A stretch of DNA of 64,000 nt from Chrysemys picta bellii (Eukaryota). Positions 47,475 to 59,972 of this stretch are shown one piece after another; the stretch's first letter is position 1, and the number at the start of each line of letters is the position of its first letter. The stretch covers positions 28,644,001-28,708,000 of the forward strand of contig NC_088805.1 in assembly GCF_011386835.1 (NCBI RefSeq), in the 5' to 3' direction. The notes under the pieces were generated by a model that saw only the letters and a list, made by a program, of their open reading frames with translations, had not been told where the DNA came from and searched no databases. The translations under genes were made by a program, and so were the position numbers.

Positions 47475-48415
47475 ATGGCACACCCTGCTGAGCAGACACT
47501 AGCTAATGATGGTGTAATGCTGACAGAGGGAAGACATACTGTTCTGAATGCACCTGCTTACCTCTGCACAAACTGCTATTGTCTGTGCCTGCCTTTGCCC
47601 AAATAAACAGGCATTATCAGGAGTGTGTGTTGCTGGCTGGCATTCAAGCAGGTTTCGGGGTGGGAATGGAGGGCCACATGAATAGGAGGAGTCCTGAAGG
47701 CCTGGGATGAAAGCCTTTATTCTCGCAGCGCTTACGAGTGTGCTCAGACTTCAACACGGCTCGCTGGCTTATGTTAAGGACAATCTCAAAGACGCCACGT
47801 TTGGATTCCGATCTCCCTGCCCCGCTCTAAGGCCTGGGTTTTAAAAAGCTCCCACACGCCTCAAATGCCCGTGTCACTGAGGCCATGCGTCCTAGCTGGT
47901 GGTTTGCATGCACACCGCTTTTCCAGGATCGCTGCGCTGTACGGACGCATGGGTGACTGGGGCAGTCAGAAATGGGGGCCTAAATCAGGAGCTAATCCAT
48001 AGACTTGGCTGCAGTCGCTCCGTATTGATGCTGGTGTAACCGCGAGCAGAGTCTGGCCCCTTTCATTTAGGAAGGTGGCTGCGGCATGCACACTGTGCAG
48101 AATCGAGAAAGGGGTTTGTAAGAGGAAACCCATCCTGCCTTCCCTGCCATGCGGGAAATTTGGGTGTGCAGGGAATGCAGCCTGGGGCTCATTCTGGATC
48201 AACCGCCCGCTAAGGGAGGCCTGTGTTCCCCGTGATACAGATGGCCTCGATCCAGTGCAAAGGAACAGTTACGCTCACCCTAGCATTGGTCACCGTCCCT
48301 ACCCAGGCATACAGGCTCTGATCCAGGCTGCAAGCGTCCGCATTGTTCCCGGAGGGCGCCGGGGCAGCTCACTGCCAGCTGCTGCCCCTCACCTCTTCGC
48401 CTTGCTCCCCTTTAG

Positions 48416-48553
48416 ACCCCGTTCCTGTCCTGGAGGTGGCGCAGAGCTCAGAAGAGAGGCTGCAGCAGGTCCAGTGCCTCGACCCTGAGAACCCACCCCT
48501 GAAGGAGCTCAACAGGCAGCGGAAGAAGCATCCAGAGCTCCTTGGCACCAAAG
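48416..48553 (+). CDS. CUX2: CUX2 coding exon 5 (DPVPVLEVAQSSEERLQQVQCLDPENPPLKELNRQRKKHPELLGTK)
   Basis: ctcccctttag|AC ... AAAG|gtacca; 138 nt, phase 1/1; conserved DPVP motif. Confidence 0.94.
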
Positions 48554-49704
48554 GTACCAGCCACTCCTCCCTTGCCCTGGTTCATTTCCGGCACCTGGAC
48601 AAGGGAGAGCCAGGGGCGTGTCCCTGTCCCCCGGTGCTGGGGAAGGCAGAGGCCTTTGCAGGCCTCCAGCTGGGTAATAATAATAACCCTTAGCACTTGT
48701 CTGGGGCAAATCATCCGCCCTGTCTGTGCTCCGCTTGGGGCACGGGACACCCCGGCGACTGGGGGAGGGATGGACACTTCCCTGCACTCTGCTTCACGGC
48801 TGCGGGGCGGGGCCAGGCCGGTCCAGCATTTCCAGGTTGGGAGCCGCTTCATGGGGCTTTTGCTCCAAACCAGCTCAGTCCCTTCCATGGAGCTTTTCTT
48901 CCAATCCCCGACTCGGAGTCAGAGGTGAGACTGGAAGGCCGGGCTGATCCCCCTGCAGACGGGCGGGCCAGCTCCCTGCAGCCTCGTGCTCTCCCTGGGC
49001 CGGGGGTCCCTGCTGGGATCCACTGTAGATTAATCGGTGCTGCTCTCCGCCCAGTGAGGGGCCGCCTGGGGGCTGGTTTGACGGGTGAGGGTTGTGCTGG
49101 CGAGTGCCTGTCACTGAACCCCCACCTGATGCCCCCTGTGGTGTGTGGAATCTGTTCTGTTTGATACGTTTCAGGGAGGGGCCCAATCCTGTGTGCCCCC
49201 AGGAAGTTGTCTACTCCCATTAAAGTCAAGGGGCCTGATCCTCAAAGTCGATGGAGCTGCGCTGATTTGTACCAGCTGGTCACCGTGAAAGGGACTGGGC
49301 AGCCAGGGAGCAGACTCAGCAGCAAACACCAGACCCTGCTGCCCTCACGCAGGCTTGTCAATCCAATGGGCTTTAACTGAGTTGAGCTGCATTTTCTCCC
49401 GGCCTCTGGCCGCCGAGGGACAGGACAGTGTCCTTCTCTAGGGCAGCCCCCTGCAGTTCCAGGTTGTGTGCAATAATACCATGTGCTCCTTTCTTTCTCC
49501 ACCAGTGTGGTATTTCCTTGAGGGCCCCTCTGCAAACCCCAGTGAAATGTCACCCAGGGTGGAGAAAAAGAACAAGAAGAAACAAATGAATTCTAATGAA
49601 TATTTATTAGCAACAGCACAGTTAACATTGGGGCTTAGTTTTAAAGGGGCACTGTCAGAATAAAAATCACGGACCAGCTCTTCAGCTAGTGTCATTTAAT
49701 CATA

Positions 49705-49900
49705 TTTAACACCTAGCTCTTATACACAGCTTTTCAGCAGTAGATCTCAAACGGCTTTACAAAGGAGGTCAGGGGCTCCATCCCCATTTTACGGAGGGGG
49801 AAACTGAGGTACAGGGAGGGGAGGTGGCTTGCCCAAGGTCACCCAGCAGGCCAGTGGCAGAGCCAGGAATAGAATCCAGTCCAGCGCTCTCCCCTCTAGA
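49705..49900 (-). mobile_element. CORE SINE, younger turtle subfamily
   Basis: gatctcaaacggctttacaaaggaggtcag..ccccattttac..gggaaactgagg..ttgcccaaggtcacccagcaggccagtggcagagccaggaatagaa. Confidence 0.85.
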
Positions 49901-50250
49901 CCCGGCTCTGGTGATACTGATTTATGCCAGCTAAGGGTCTGGCCTTGTACTCTCAACAAACCTTTGTTTCTTACCATGTGTCACTAATGACTCCTCAGAT
50001 CTTTAACACTGAAAAGGAGCCTGAACTGGCCCAAGTAGCTTATTTCGCTCTTCAGGCAGCTTGTCTGGGTTTTTGCCTGTTGGAAATGCAGGAGGTCACT
50101 TTCACAGCTGGCTGTGGTCAGTTTCCCTGTCAGGTTCTCAGTACAGCAGCGTCTGGGGTGCGAACCACTTTGGGCCGAGACAGTCATTGCAGGGCCCGAG
50201 ATGATGCAGCCGGCTCCTGCGAGGTGCCCTGGGACTGGGAGGGTGCTCAG

Positions 50251-50946
50251 CAGGGCTGTCCGGAAAACAAGAACTGCACTTTGTGAAAAACGTCACGGTT
50301 TCAACATCTGTTTTCCTTTTGCGTTGGAACAAAATCTAGAGCATTCCAAAGAAATGGTTAAAAAACAAGAGAGAGATCAAGCGAGCCCAACCTCCTGCCA
50401 GCAGCCCAATGGGTGTGGCGCTTACCTGGGGTGTGGGAGATGCAGGTTTGAGCCCCCGCCCTTCCTAATTCACCGGGTGATAGAGTTGGAGCTGCTCAAC
50501 TTTGTATAAATAATGAAATATTCATTGGGCCAGAGAGGGAGAGACTCACTCTATGGGCTGGGTCGCCCATGGTGCATGCTTTAACCAGCCGCCTGCTGGG
50601 GAGGTGCATATCTCGCTCTGGTTTTGACCAGAAATTCCATCCTGGTTCTCAGAAACCTCCCCCAGGGCCACCCAGAAGATTCAGGGGGCCTGGGGCAAAG
50701 CAATTTCGGGGGCCCCTTCCATAAAAAGAAGTTGCAATACTATAGAATACTATATTCTAGTGGGGGCCCTCGCGGGGCCCGGGGCCTGGGGCAAATTGCC
50801 CCGTTTGCTCCCCCCCCGGCAGCCCTGACCTCCCCCATTAAAGTTTCATTGAACCCGGTAAGTGTCCACAAAAACTTTTGGTTTTGACCAACTGGCATTT
50901 CCCGACAAAAAGCCCTTTTTGTCTAAAAAATTCCCAGCCAGTTCTA
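50251..50946. mobile_element. hAT-type non-autonomous element hosting a nested MITE
   Basis: Imperfect TIRs cagggctgtccggaaaa / ttttaa..ttcccagccagttcta; 8-bp TSD GTGCTCAG (50243-50250) vs GTGCACAG (50947-50954). Confidence 0.75.
50663..50827. mobile_element. hAT-type MITE nested in the element above
   Basis: Termini cagggcc../..agccctg; perfect 8-bp TSD ACCTCCCC (50655-50662, 50828-50835). Confidence 0.9.
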
Positions 50947-51504
50947 GTGCACAGCACCTGAAGGCTACTGGCTTCCAGTGTTCCAGCCCAGAAAGCTACA
51001 CTCTCCCCCTCCTCAACCCCCCCTTCTCCCCCCGTGCAAATCGCATGAAAATCGCAGCCACGGAGGGTGTTAAATAATGACGGGTCTTGAGCTCTGAGAG
51101 CTCTTTATGCAGAAGATTGGTTTCATGCAGGCATACTGTGCTCCAGGTTGGAGGCGCAGTGTAGTGTAGCTTAGACAGCTTTGCTGGTCATTTACAGACT
51201 TTCCCACCACTAGGAGCTGAAGTGGTTCGAATGAGACTATTAGCAGATATAACCTAGCCAGGAAGCTGCCACTTTGGCAGGCTTCGGGCTGCACTCAGGA
51301 TTTCACGCCCCGCTGTGATCCTCTAACGCAATTGACCAGCGGAACCTGCAGAACGTATCAACTCCATGGCTGAAGTTCTGGAAATCGATTCTTTACCCCC
51401 TGAGATTGATCTCTTGGCCCTGGAAGAAGTGGTTGCTTTTTCACTTCTGTCATGCTGCTTATGTGAATTTTTCTTCCCGCCCCTCCCCACCCCCACCCCC
51501 GCAG

Positions 51505-51628
51505 AGCAAAGAGGGGGAACGTCTCCAGCTGGGCTCACGGTGTCGGAGGGAGCCAGGCTCACCAGCGTCAACAGCAAAGCACTTTTCACAGACACCTTGC
51601 TGCAGAGAAATGAAGCTGAAAAACAGAA
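51505..51628 (+). CDS. CUX2: CUX2 coding exon 6 ([42 protein letters not shown])
   Basis: ccccgcag|AG ... CAGAA|gtacgt; 124 nt, phase 1/2; [12 protein letters not shown] motif. Confidence 0.95.
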
Positions 51629-54600
51629 GTACGTGAGTAGCAGAGGATGGGCCTTAAAACCGAAAAGTAAATACGATCTAGAGCTGCCTGCGGTGGGAAT
51701 GTGAGTCTGTCTGTCTGTCTGCATACATATTCCCTCTGTCTGTCTGTCCTCTTTATGCGTCCCCATACAGCTCTGTCTATCCATCCTCACCACCTTTCTC
51801 GCCTGCCTAGCATTTATTCTGTGCTCCTCCCCCTTGCGAGCTGGGCTGAGGTTCACATGTCCTGCCCTGGCAACACGGGGCCAGACTCTGAGCTGTCACC
51901 AGGCACCATCCTCTGCCTGCCCTACCCATCTGAACCGTTTCCTACCTGGCCCATCCCCATGACTTGAGAGTTTCAAAGCTGCCTAAGGGATTTGATTCCC
52001 GTTTTTCATTCAAATTAATGGTTCTTTCTGGTATCTAGGTTTCCTCACCTCACAGGCTGGCCTGTCCGCTCGCAGCCTGCTCTGGCAGGGGATCTGAGTT
52101 TGAGTCTCAGGCCAGCAGGTGTGGAAGAAATGGGCCCCAAATCAGGCCTGATGTAAGTGACTTTTGACCCCGGTGAAGTACATTAGGGCTGGGTTTGGAC
52201 CATTGGGTTCGTGTCCAGTGACAGGAGCTCCAACAGCACTCTAGACCGACCCCCTCTGGCTGGTGCTCACAGTGGCATTACCAGGATCCAAAGGGAGCTT
52301 TTCAAGCCCTCCATGGATGCGACCTCATTCAGGGCTGCTGAGGAGGGAAAAGGGAGTCATGTGCCAGAAAGAAAAACTCTGTCCTCGGTCACCATCTGGC
52401 CAATGCAAACCAATCTGAAACAGGGGCTTATGCTGGCCTTGGAAGAGATGCCCATTGGCAAAGATCTGCTTGAGTGAGAGACACATTTGTACGCTAGTGC
52501 ATACAAGATTGTGGGTGTGAGTGTGTTTACGTGTGTATGTTGCATGCACACTGTCGTGGTCATTGTACCGTCATCCCTAGACCTGGGAGTTTATTTCCTA
52601 TCCCCAGCTGGTAAACATGGCAATCACCGACTCGTCTTTCTCCCGGGTGTTGTTTTGCTTGGAGGATTCAGATAAATACAGCCCAGCACATGAACCTCCT
52701 TAACTGGCCTTTCCGTTTCGACAGGCTAAAGTTTATCAAAAGCTCCTTTAATGGAACTTCGTTGTTCTACCTTAGCATGCTGAGCTGATTAACAAATGCA
52801 GGAGCTTTAAACCCTCCATTGCCCTTCTTCTGGAGGAAGCTCCTGCCAAACACAGGTTAGAAATAATGCAAAATAACTTTTCCCTGATTTGCTTTTTCCC
52901 CACCTCAGGTTAATTACAAGTGGGCTTTTATTTTCCCCTCTGACTGTCAGAAAATGATTAAAAATGTGGTTCCCTTATAACCGGAAAGATGCATCCACTT
53001 TGTGTTTCCTTACTGTCTTCTCAAATAAGTCCAGCCCCGTCCCGGGCTGCTCCAGGAGACGAGGGCGATTTGCAAGGCACATTGCCTCATCTGTCTGTCC
53101 GCGTGTGGGCCTGGTTCGCTGGGAGTGGAGAGTGCTCAGCGCCTCTGAAAATTAGGCCTTTTGGCCCAGAGCCTCCAAGGGATTGAGGCTGCGGAAGCTA
53201 AACGCCTAAAGCCCTGTGAGGATCTAGGGCACCCAGGATTAGTGGCTTCTTCTGAAAATATGGGCCCGACCCAGGAGCCACTCTCACATCCATCCCTGGG
53301 CCTGCCACTACTCCTTACGCTACCAGAGATGGGGTCCCATCCAGCATGGCGCGCACAGGGCAAGGCCTTTCCTTCCTCGGCAGGTTCTCTCTCGAGTGTG
53401 TTCCCCCTGCACGGTGGAACTCAGCCCGTTCTGCTGCTAAGGGACTCCTGCAAGGCGGGGAAAGGCCGTTTGGGGCCTCCGGGAGGTAACTCTCAAGATG
53501 AGTCACAGATTCCACGTGGAGGCCTTGCTTCCCGGTCACTGGACCGACAGAGAGTCTAAGTGGAATAAACTCTGTCATGGGTCCCCGGGGAGAGGGACAG
53601 TGCAGTCTGCGCCATGGCACCAGGGTCAGGCTATTCGAGTGCTGTGACAGCAGCTAGCAAGAGGGCTGGGAGGCGGGGGCTGAGGGAGCAGATATGCCAA
53701 TGATGTAGTACTCTGTAGGAACCCCGTCAGCGCAGTCTCTGCTGGCCCATGGCTGGGCTGGGTACGGCTGGAGTCCGAACTGCCCAGGCTAGCAGGGTGT
53801 TGGCATGTGCCAGGGGAACCCAGGGCGGTGCCGGTGCTTGAGAGGGAAGTGCTGGCCTCAGTTTTGACTCCTAGATCTGAATGTCCTGGTTGCTGGGGAG
53901 CTGCCACAAACTCCATGGATCTGGGGGGCTGGATGGCCTGTGTTTTGGCGCTGTGGCTATTGAATCCGGCATTACAGGCTCCCTGCTAACGATGCTGCCG
54001 CTCGTTGGATCTTTGCCCCACAGCCGTTCATTGCATGGTGCAGTTCTGTCCGGCCGACCCAACACCTCCAATGAAACAGGAGGTGGGGAAGGCCACCCCG
54101 ATAATGGGCTGGATCACGTGGGGTCACCCAAGGGAGGGGCAACGCCATGCTAAAGCTTGCCCAGGCCCCGATGAATCATTTGCTCGAGGCGGGGTTTGCA
54201 GGACTGCAGAGGACCGTGAGTCATGGCCTTCCAATCACGTGGGTGCCCCAAGCCAGGCATCGAGGCTGTGTGTCTGGAAGGCCAGCCCTGCCAGAGGTGA
54301 GCTGCCGTGGTCTCCCGACCTGTGCCTATGCACGGGCCCCATTCCCTCGACCTCGTCAGGAGGCGCTTGCAGGGTACAGAGCAAAATCTCCCAGTTAATC
54401 CCTGGAGATTTGCCAGGGGACAATGGCACACCGGGCAGCTGTCCCAGAGCACTGCCTCTGCCCCCTTCCCACACCAGTGGGTTCGGCTGGTGGGAAGGGG
54501 TGCTCACGCTCCGCTCCCCGTTACCTTTACCAGCCACTCTTGGGCGCCCCCAGTGTCAAGGCTGAGTGTTTGCTGATATGTCACCCCTGCTCCAGTGGAG

Positions 54601-55544
54601 AAACCCTTCCACAGCTGCTGCCTCTTTCTGGATCACAAAGATTGCTAGCTAGGGAAGAGTATTTCAGATGTGCACAATCCTGGCTGGATTAGTTACGTGT
54701 GCGATTAGAGGGTCCTGAAAACCTAGATTCTCCATGCACTCTCTAGCTGTTAGCTTGCAAGTAACTGACCCAGGAGGTGGTGACCAATCCTTCAGAGCCA
54801 GGAAGCTCTATTATGTCAACCCGTTGCATTGATCATTGGCTCGGGCGACGGTTACACATGGCACGTAGCTTTGCCATCCCCCTGGGTCAACAGTGATGCT
54901 GGCACCGTGGGCATCTGCAAAGTCTGGCTAGTGCAAATTCCTCATGGACTGTTTGGACAGCGCCTGCGTCTGCAGTGATAGCGCTTGGGGTCCGGAGCAT
55001 GTGTGAGTTGTGCTGGAGGCTTAGCAGAGTGAAGGAGTCCATTAGCCGCATGCACCCACTTCTGGTTCATTTCCACTCGTAGAGGAACTCCAAAATAGCC
55101 CGATGGATTTTCTTTTCTTCCCCCCCTCTCTCTCTTTTTTATCTATAGGTAGATCTTTAATTCTTTTCACCAATTTTTGCCCAGAAATTTATTTCTGGGC
55201 TGAGATCCAACATGCCAAGTTTTTCAGCCTGAAGTGAATTTTTACGGCCGGGGCTATAAACCCCTGGAAATAGAGGTTTTTAATGGAATGCGGACAACTC
55301 TAGTGGCATGAAAACGTCTCGGCTGCAATAGGCGTATAAATTTTCTAGGGAAACTTCTGAATGATGGGGTTTAAGTACATGTTAAAAAAGCGAAATGAGC
55401 AGTTCGATGGCCCGGTGTGGAGGAAGCGGAGCTGTTCGTGTGTTCCCAACCCTTGGGAGAGCAGAACGGGAGTGACTCCGGAGAGCCAGGCCTCACGCTG
55501 GCCCCGGGTGAGCTGGTCACTGATATCGACCCTTCTCTTCACAG

Positions 55545-55621
55545 GGGACTACAGGAAGCACAGATCACTTTGGCGGCTAGGCTGGGGGAAGCAGAAGAAA
55601 AGATCAAAGTGCTACATGCAG
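55545..55621 (+). CDS. CUX2: CUX2 coding exon 7 (GLQEAQITLAARLGEAEEKIKVLHA)
   Basis: ctcttcacag|G ... GCAG|gtattg; 77 nt, phase 2/1. Confidence 0.96.
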
Positions 55622-55894
55622 GTATTGAAAGATGTGACGTCCAAAAGTCCCGCCCAGCGTGGGTCCCTGAGCCCTTGGCCGTAGATCCAGATGTGGGTGA
55701 GGCTCAGTGGTGCTTTGGCTCTTCTCCCCTGGGTGCGCGGACATCACTGCCCTCCTGACAGAGCAGTCGGGGGTCATATGTGCACGCCAGGGGGAGAACA
55801 TGCTATAGGGGCACATCACACCTGTCTGGCCTTTATCGTCATGGGACCACATTCAGATTGGACTTGCTTTCCTAGCCCAGCCCAGCCCAAGTAA

Positions 55895-55960
55895 GGGCCT
55901 GATCCTACCCTCAGTAAAGTCAACAGGGAGAGTCTCACTGATTTCAGTGGGAACTGGATC
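55895..55960. mobile_element. Short hairpin MITE-like element
   Basis: gggcctgatcc..aaagtcaa..cactgatttcagtggg..ggatc. Confidence 0.65.
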
Positions 55961-56140
55961 TCAAAGGGCTTTACAAAGGAGGTCAGTGTCATTATCCCCA
56001 TTTTACAGATAGGGAAACTGAGGCAGAGAGGGGCATGACTTGCCCACGGTCACCCATCAAGGCAGCAGCAGAGCCAGGGATAGAACCCAGCTTTCCTGGG
56101 TTCCAGGCCAGTGTTCTAGTCGCTAGGCCAGTGGGACTCC
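55957..56140 (-). mobile_element. CORE SINE, same subfamily as 49705-49900
   Basis: gatctcaaagggctttacaaaggaggtcagtgtcattatccccattttacagatagggaaactgaggca..gatagaacccag. Confidence 0.88.
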
Positions 56141-57411
56141 ATTGACTTAGTTGTGCCTAAGGACATAGTGGCCCCAAGGGTTGAGTGCCTGCCCCTTTGA
56201 GTCCCCCGGCCAGAGGGGGGAATTGCACCCACTCTGGTTCTGCGGCTGGAGGGGGCTGCAGGCAGGGAGTTGCTGAGGCTGCGTGTTCGTGGCCTCAGAT
56301 GCTCTCCTGTGTTCCTGGTGCGCAGAGCTGCCCTGTAGCCTGTCGTCAGGCGTGTGCATAGACGCTGTCATGCCCCTTTGCCCTGCCACGCTGCCCACGC
56401 CATCTCCGTGGGGCTCTCCCAAAGGCGTGGACACACTCAGGGCATCTGTCCTGCAGTGCCCTGCTCGGCCACGCTCACGTCCTGTTTGGAACACCCAGGG
56501 CCATGGTGCAGGAGGAAGGGCAAACTGGGCAGGAAAAGCAGCTGCTAAAGGTCTTGAACAAACAGCCTGGCTGGGTTATGGTCACCCAAGGGAGAAGAGA
56601 GGAGGAGATCTGGGTGCCATGGACGGGGGCGAGCTGTGCAGGGTGGTCCAAGGGGGCACAGCGAGGAGCCTGGGGGTGAAATTAAGTGGAGGAAAATTGG
56701 GCCCCATCTTGACCCCACTGCAGCCAATGACAACTCTCCCACTGGCTTCTCTAGGGCCAGGCTTTGGCCCCATTACCAGGAATAACTTTCTGACAGTATC
56801 AGACTCTGGTCTCCCCATGGGAGTGGAAACTACTGTGGATAATGAACTAGGAGAGAGAGGGCCAGATCCTCAGCTGGGATAAATCAATGCAGCTCCATTA
56901 ACTTCAACAGAGTGACTTTGGTTCACTGCGGCTGAAGATCTGGCCTGTACTGTAGGGCGAGGAATGGGCCTATTAGATCTCTCCAGGTTTAATTTCTCTG
57001 GTTCTCGCGCTCTATTTCTGCTGCCGGCGGGAACCCAGAAAGTTGCTGGTGCATGAAAAATGTTCATCCCTTCGCTAACAACACAGAGGCTAATTGAACG
57101 TTTCAGGAGCTCCAAAAAGGTTTGGGTCGAAAATCTATTAACTGGTCCTAAAGTCTCGGAACATGGTGACTATTTTTTTAAAGCCTATCAGTTTTATTGT
57201 CTTTATTTGCATCTTGGTTTTGCATCAGTTGAAATAAAAATTAAAAAAAATATTCATTTGAACGGCAGCAGAACAGAGGGCTGAGTGGGAGCCTGCCAAA
57301 GGCAGCTTGATCCACCTTCCAACCAGCCGGTGCTTTACCAGCCACCAATAAATCTCCTTCCAAGGGAAGAGTGTTACTTACTGTGTGTTGTTTGATTTTC
57401 CTTCTGGTCAG

Positions 57412-57478
57412 CGCTAAAGGCAACCCAGACGGAGCTGCTCGACCTGCGGTGTAAATATGATGAAGAAGCGGCTTCAAA
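57412..57478 (+). CDS. CUX2: CUX2 coding exon 8 (ALKATQTELLDLRCKYDEEAASK)
   Basis: ttttccttctggtcag|CG ... TCAAA|gtaagt; 67 nt, phase 1/2. Confidence 0.96.
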
Positions 57479-59005
57479 GTAAGTCACTCGGTTTTGTCTA
57501 TCGACCAAAGCCGTGCACGGTCCAAGCAGAGACGTTGTGTCTGGCCACAGCCTTTGAGGAGGGCCCGGCCTTCGGGTTGCATGTGAGATGTGTCAAGAGA
57601 GACCGAGCTGGAACAAGGCCCGTCATCCCCACATTCCTGATGCCGGGGCATTGCACTCTATGGCGGATCTAATACTAACCACTTATATCTCCGGCCAGCT
57701 GTTTGCCACTGGTTATCTAGCTGGGTATAGACCCGCACTGTGTACACCTACACGCATGCCACTTTCTGGAGGCTAGATCCTCACCTCTAACGAAGCTCCA
57801 CTCAGTGCAGCACACCAGGGGGCTGGGCAACTGTGACATCACACCACCTTTACTCCTCCCCCAAACCGGCCCCCACTGCAACTGGGAGCAGCCTCAGGGC
57901 TACCCTAAATTGTACCTGGTCAGCATTTCATTTCATCCAGCAGCCTGTGATCTCCCGAGAGGCAGTTCCAGCCGTATTCTGCCCATGCCGCCTGCCAGGA
58001 GGCGGGAGTGGGGGTGGCAGGGATGTCTGTATTAATGTTATGCCATTGGAAGAGTCCCCTTGCATTTAATCCAGCCTTTCCCCACCGGAGCAGAGCGAAG
58101 GAACCATAACGACTGAAGGTCTCCAAGCAGCATCACAGAGCTAGCCAGCCAGCTTCAGGTCCCAGAAGAATCACCTTCAGGGGGGATATTTCTGAGACTG
58201 ATGCACCAAACACTAGATCAGCTCTCAGCAGACTACTCCGCTCGCTCTGAGTTTGTGGTCTCTACAGGGATTGGGGTCATTTTCACGAGCAAGGGAGCTG
58301 TTGGAAAGATGCCATGGCCAGGTGGTTTCCCAGTCCGCGTCAGCCAGGCCTCAGAGATGTGCTTGAATGGTGTGAGCATGAAGGACGGAATGAGGGAGCA
58401 CCAAGTTCTAATCCCAGCTCTGCCCGTTGGCTACACCCCCGTATCCAAGGGCAGATTTGGGTGGCATGGCATAGATGCTCAGCATGGCAAGAGGGCTCTG
58501 AGGATAGGGGCAGACTCATCAAAGAAAAGATCAGAATTTCAGGAGCAGTTTCAACTATGTGAGAAAGTGACTTGGGAAGTCAGCCAGTCCCAGGTGGGTG
58601 TCGAGGTTCCTAGATTTTCTGCTAGAGAGGGATCTCCAATAAGACCCCAGATCCAAAGACCCTCCGACTTCCGCACAGTCTTGTTGTAGATCTGGACTTC
58701 AGAAATTATAATAAGGTAAAATCAGTTCTTCCTAAAAATCGCTGGACCTTCCCAGGTCCTTCCAGACATGCAAATACACCCTGAGCCGTCTTCCAATGGC
58801 AGGGGGAGAGCACGGCCACTGGATTATGTTTAACTGGCTTCTCCACTTCATTAAATGTACATTTGCTTGTGCTTATTTTTGTTGGTCGGGTGCCATTTAC
58901 TTTTATGAGTCAGGAACATCTTTTCCCTCCCTTCGGCTCTCGCTAGCTGTGGAGCCGGCCAAGCTTTTACAGCTGTTCAAATGTTCCACCGGTCTTGCTA
59001 ACCCA

Positions 59006-59054
59006 GCGCACACACGCGCACACGCACACACACACACACGCGCACACACTCACA

Positions 59055-59081
<27 letters not shown>
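59006..59081. repeat. Compound (CA/CG)n-(CT)n microsatellite
   Basis: Alternating purine-pyrimidine tract about 59006-59049, then (TC)n about 59055-59081. Confidence 0.95.
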
Positions 59082-59085
<4 letters not shown>

Positions 59086-59552
59086 CCATTATGCAACAGA
59101 GTCAGAACACTTAATCATATAATACCAAAGCAGATGCTCTTTGATAATTTGAGATGCCATTTGTACACGCGGTGCTGTAACTGATTTTGCCTTTGATCAG
59201 GACTGCAGCTGCCATGCACGGAATGATGGGGATGAAAAAGGGGCCTGTCCCATCCCTTGGTGTCTTTGCATCTTCCGGTGTCCCGTTTTGGACTCCCCCC
59301 TTCGGGTTCATTTGGCTTGTTTCTATATTGTTAATTCACCAGCCATGTGTGTTGCGTGGCTGGGACTGGAGATCACAAATGGGAAGCTTTGAGTATTTAC
59401 CCTCCTACAATAAACAAATCCGCCACCATGTACAGAGCAGTTGTGCCAGCTCTCAGCGACTGGTGAAATAGTGGGTGGGAGGCAATTAAACCGATGCAAA
59501 TGTTCCTCATTGAAAAACAGCCCAAGATCAAGAGGCCTTTTGGAAATAATTT

Positions 59553-59972
59553 GGAGGCCGTGGGTGGCTCAGAGAACTGGCAGTGGGAGAAGGACCCTTT
59601 CATGTCGCGATCCCCCTCTCACATATAGGCCTGGCTTGTTAATGACCCGAGATTGTTCCCATCTCACGGCTGTTTGTTGGCCGGCGTGAAACGAGCTGGG
59701 ATGGCCTGCGGCCAGTTCCTAATGGACAGCTGCCCACTCCGTAACACTCGCATCACAGCTGGCACGAACCGCCTCCTTGCTGGCAGGCTAGCAGAGACGC
59801 CAAGGCCACGGAGCCTGAACTCCTGTTAACCCCGTGAGGGGGTTGCTCCAGAGCTGGCGGGGTGGGGCAGTTAGCATGACTGCTGCCCATGTTGTACCTG
59901 ACCTGTGGATAACCAGCAGAGCTGTCAGTCTGGCCCCTCTGAGCGTTAAGCCAGCCCAGCAAATTTCCACTC
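59553..59972 (+). mobile_element. LF-SINE, near full length
   Basis: Collinear blocks: ggtggctcag..ctttca; ccatctcacggctgtt..gtgaaacgagctgg; ccagttcctaatggacag; ctgcccatgttgtacctgacctgtggataa..cagtct; aaatt tail. Confidence 0.8.

Noticed and set aside
47083-47499. ORFs spanning the N run
   Set aside because: Artefacts of the assembly gap.
55403-55544. Upstream extension of exon 7 (open frame VEEAELFV...SLHR)
   Set aside because: The only nearby upstream AG (55401-55402) lacks a pyrimidine tract and is in the wrong phase for exon 6.
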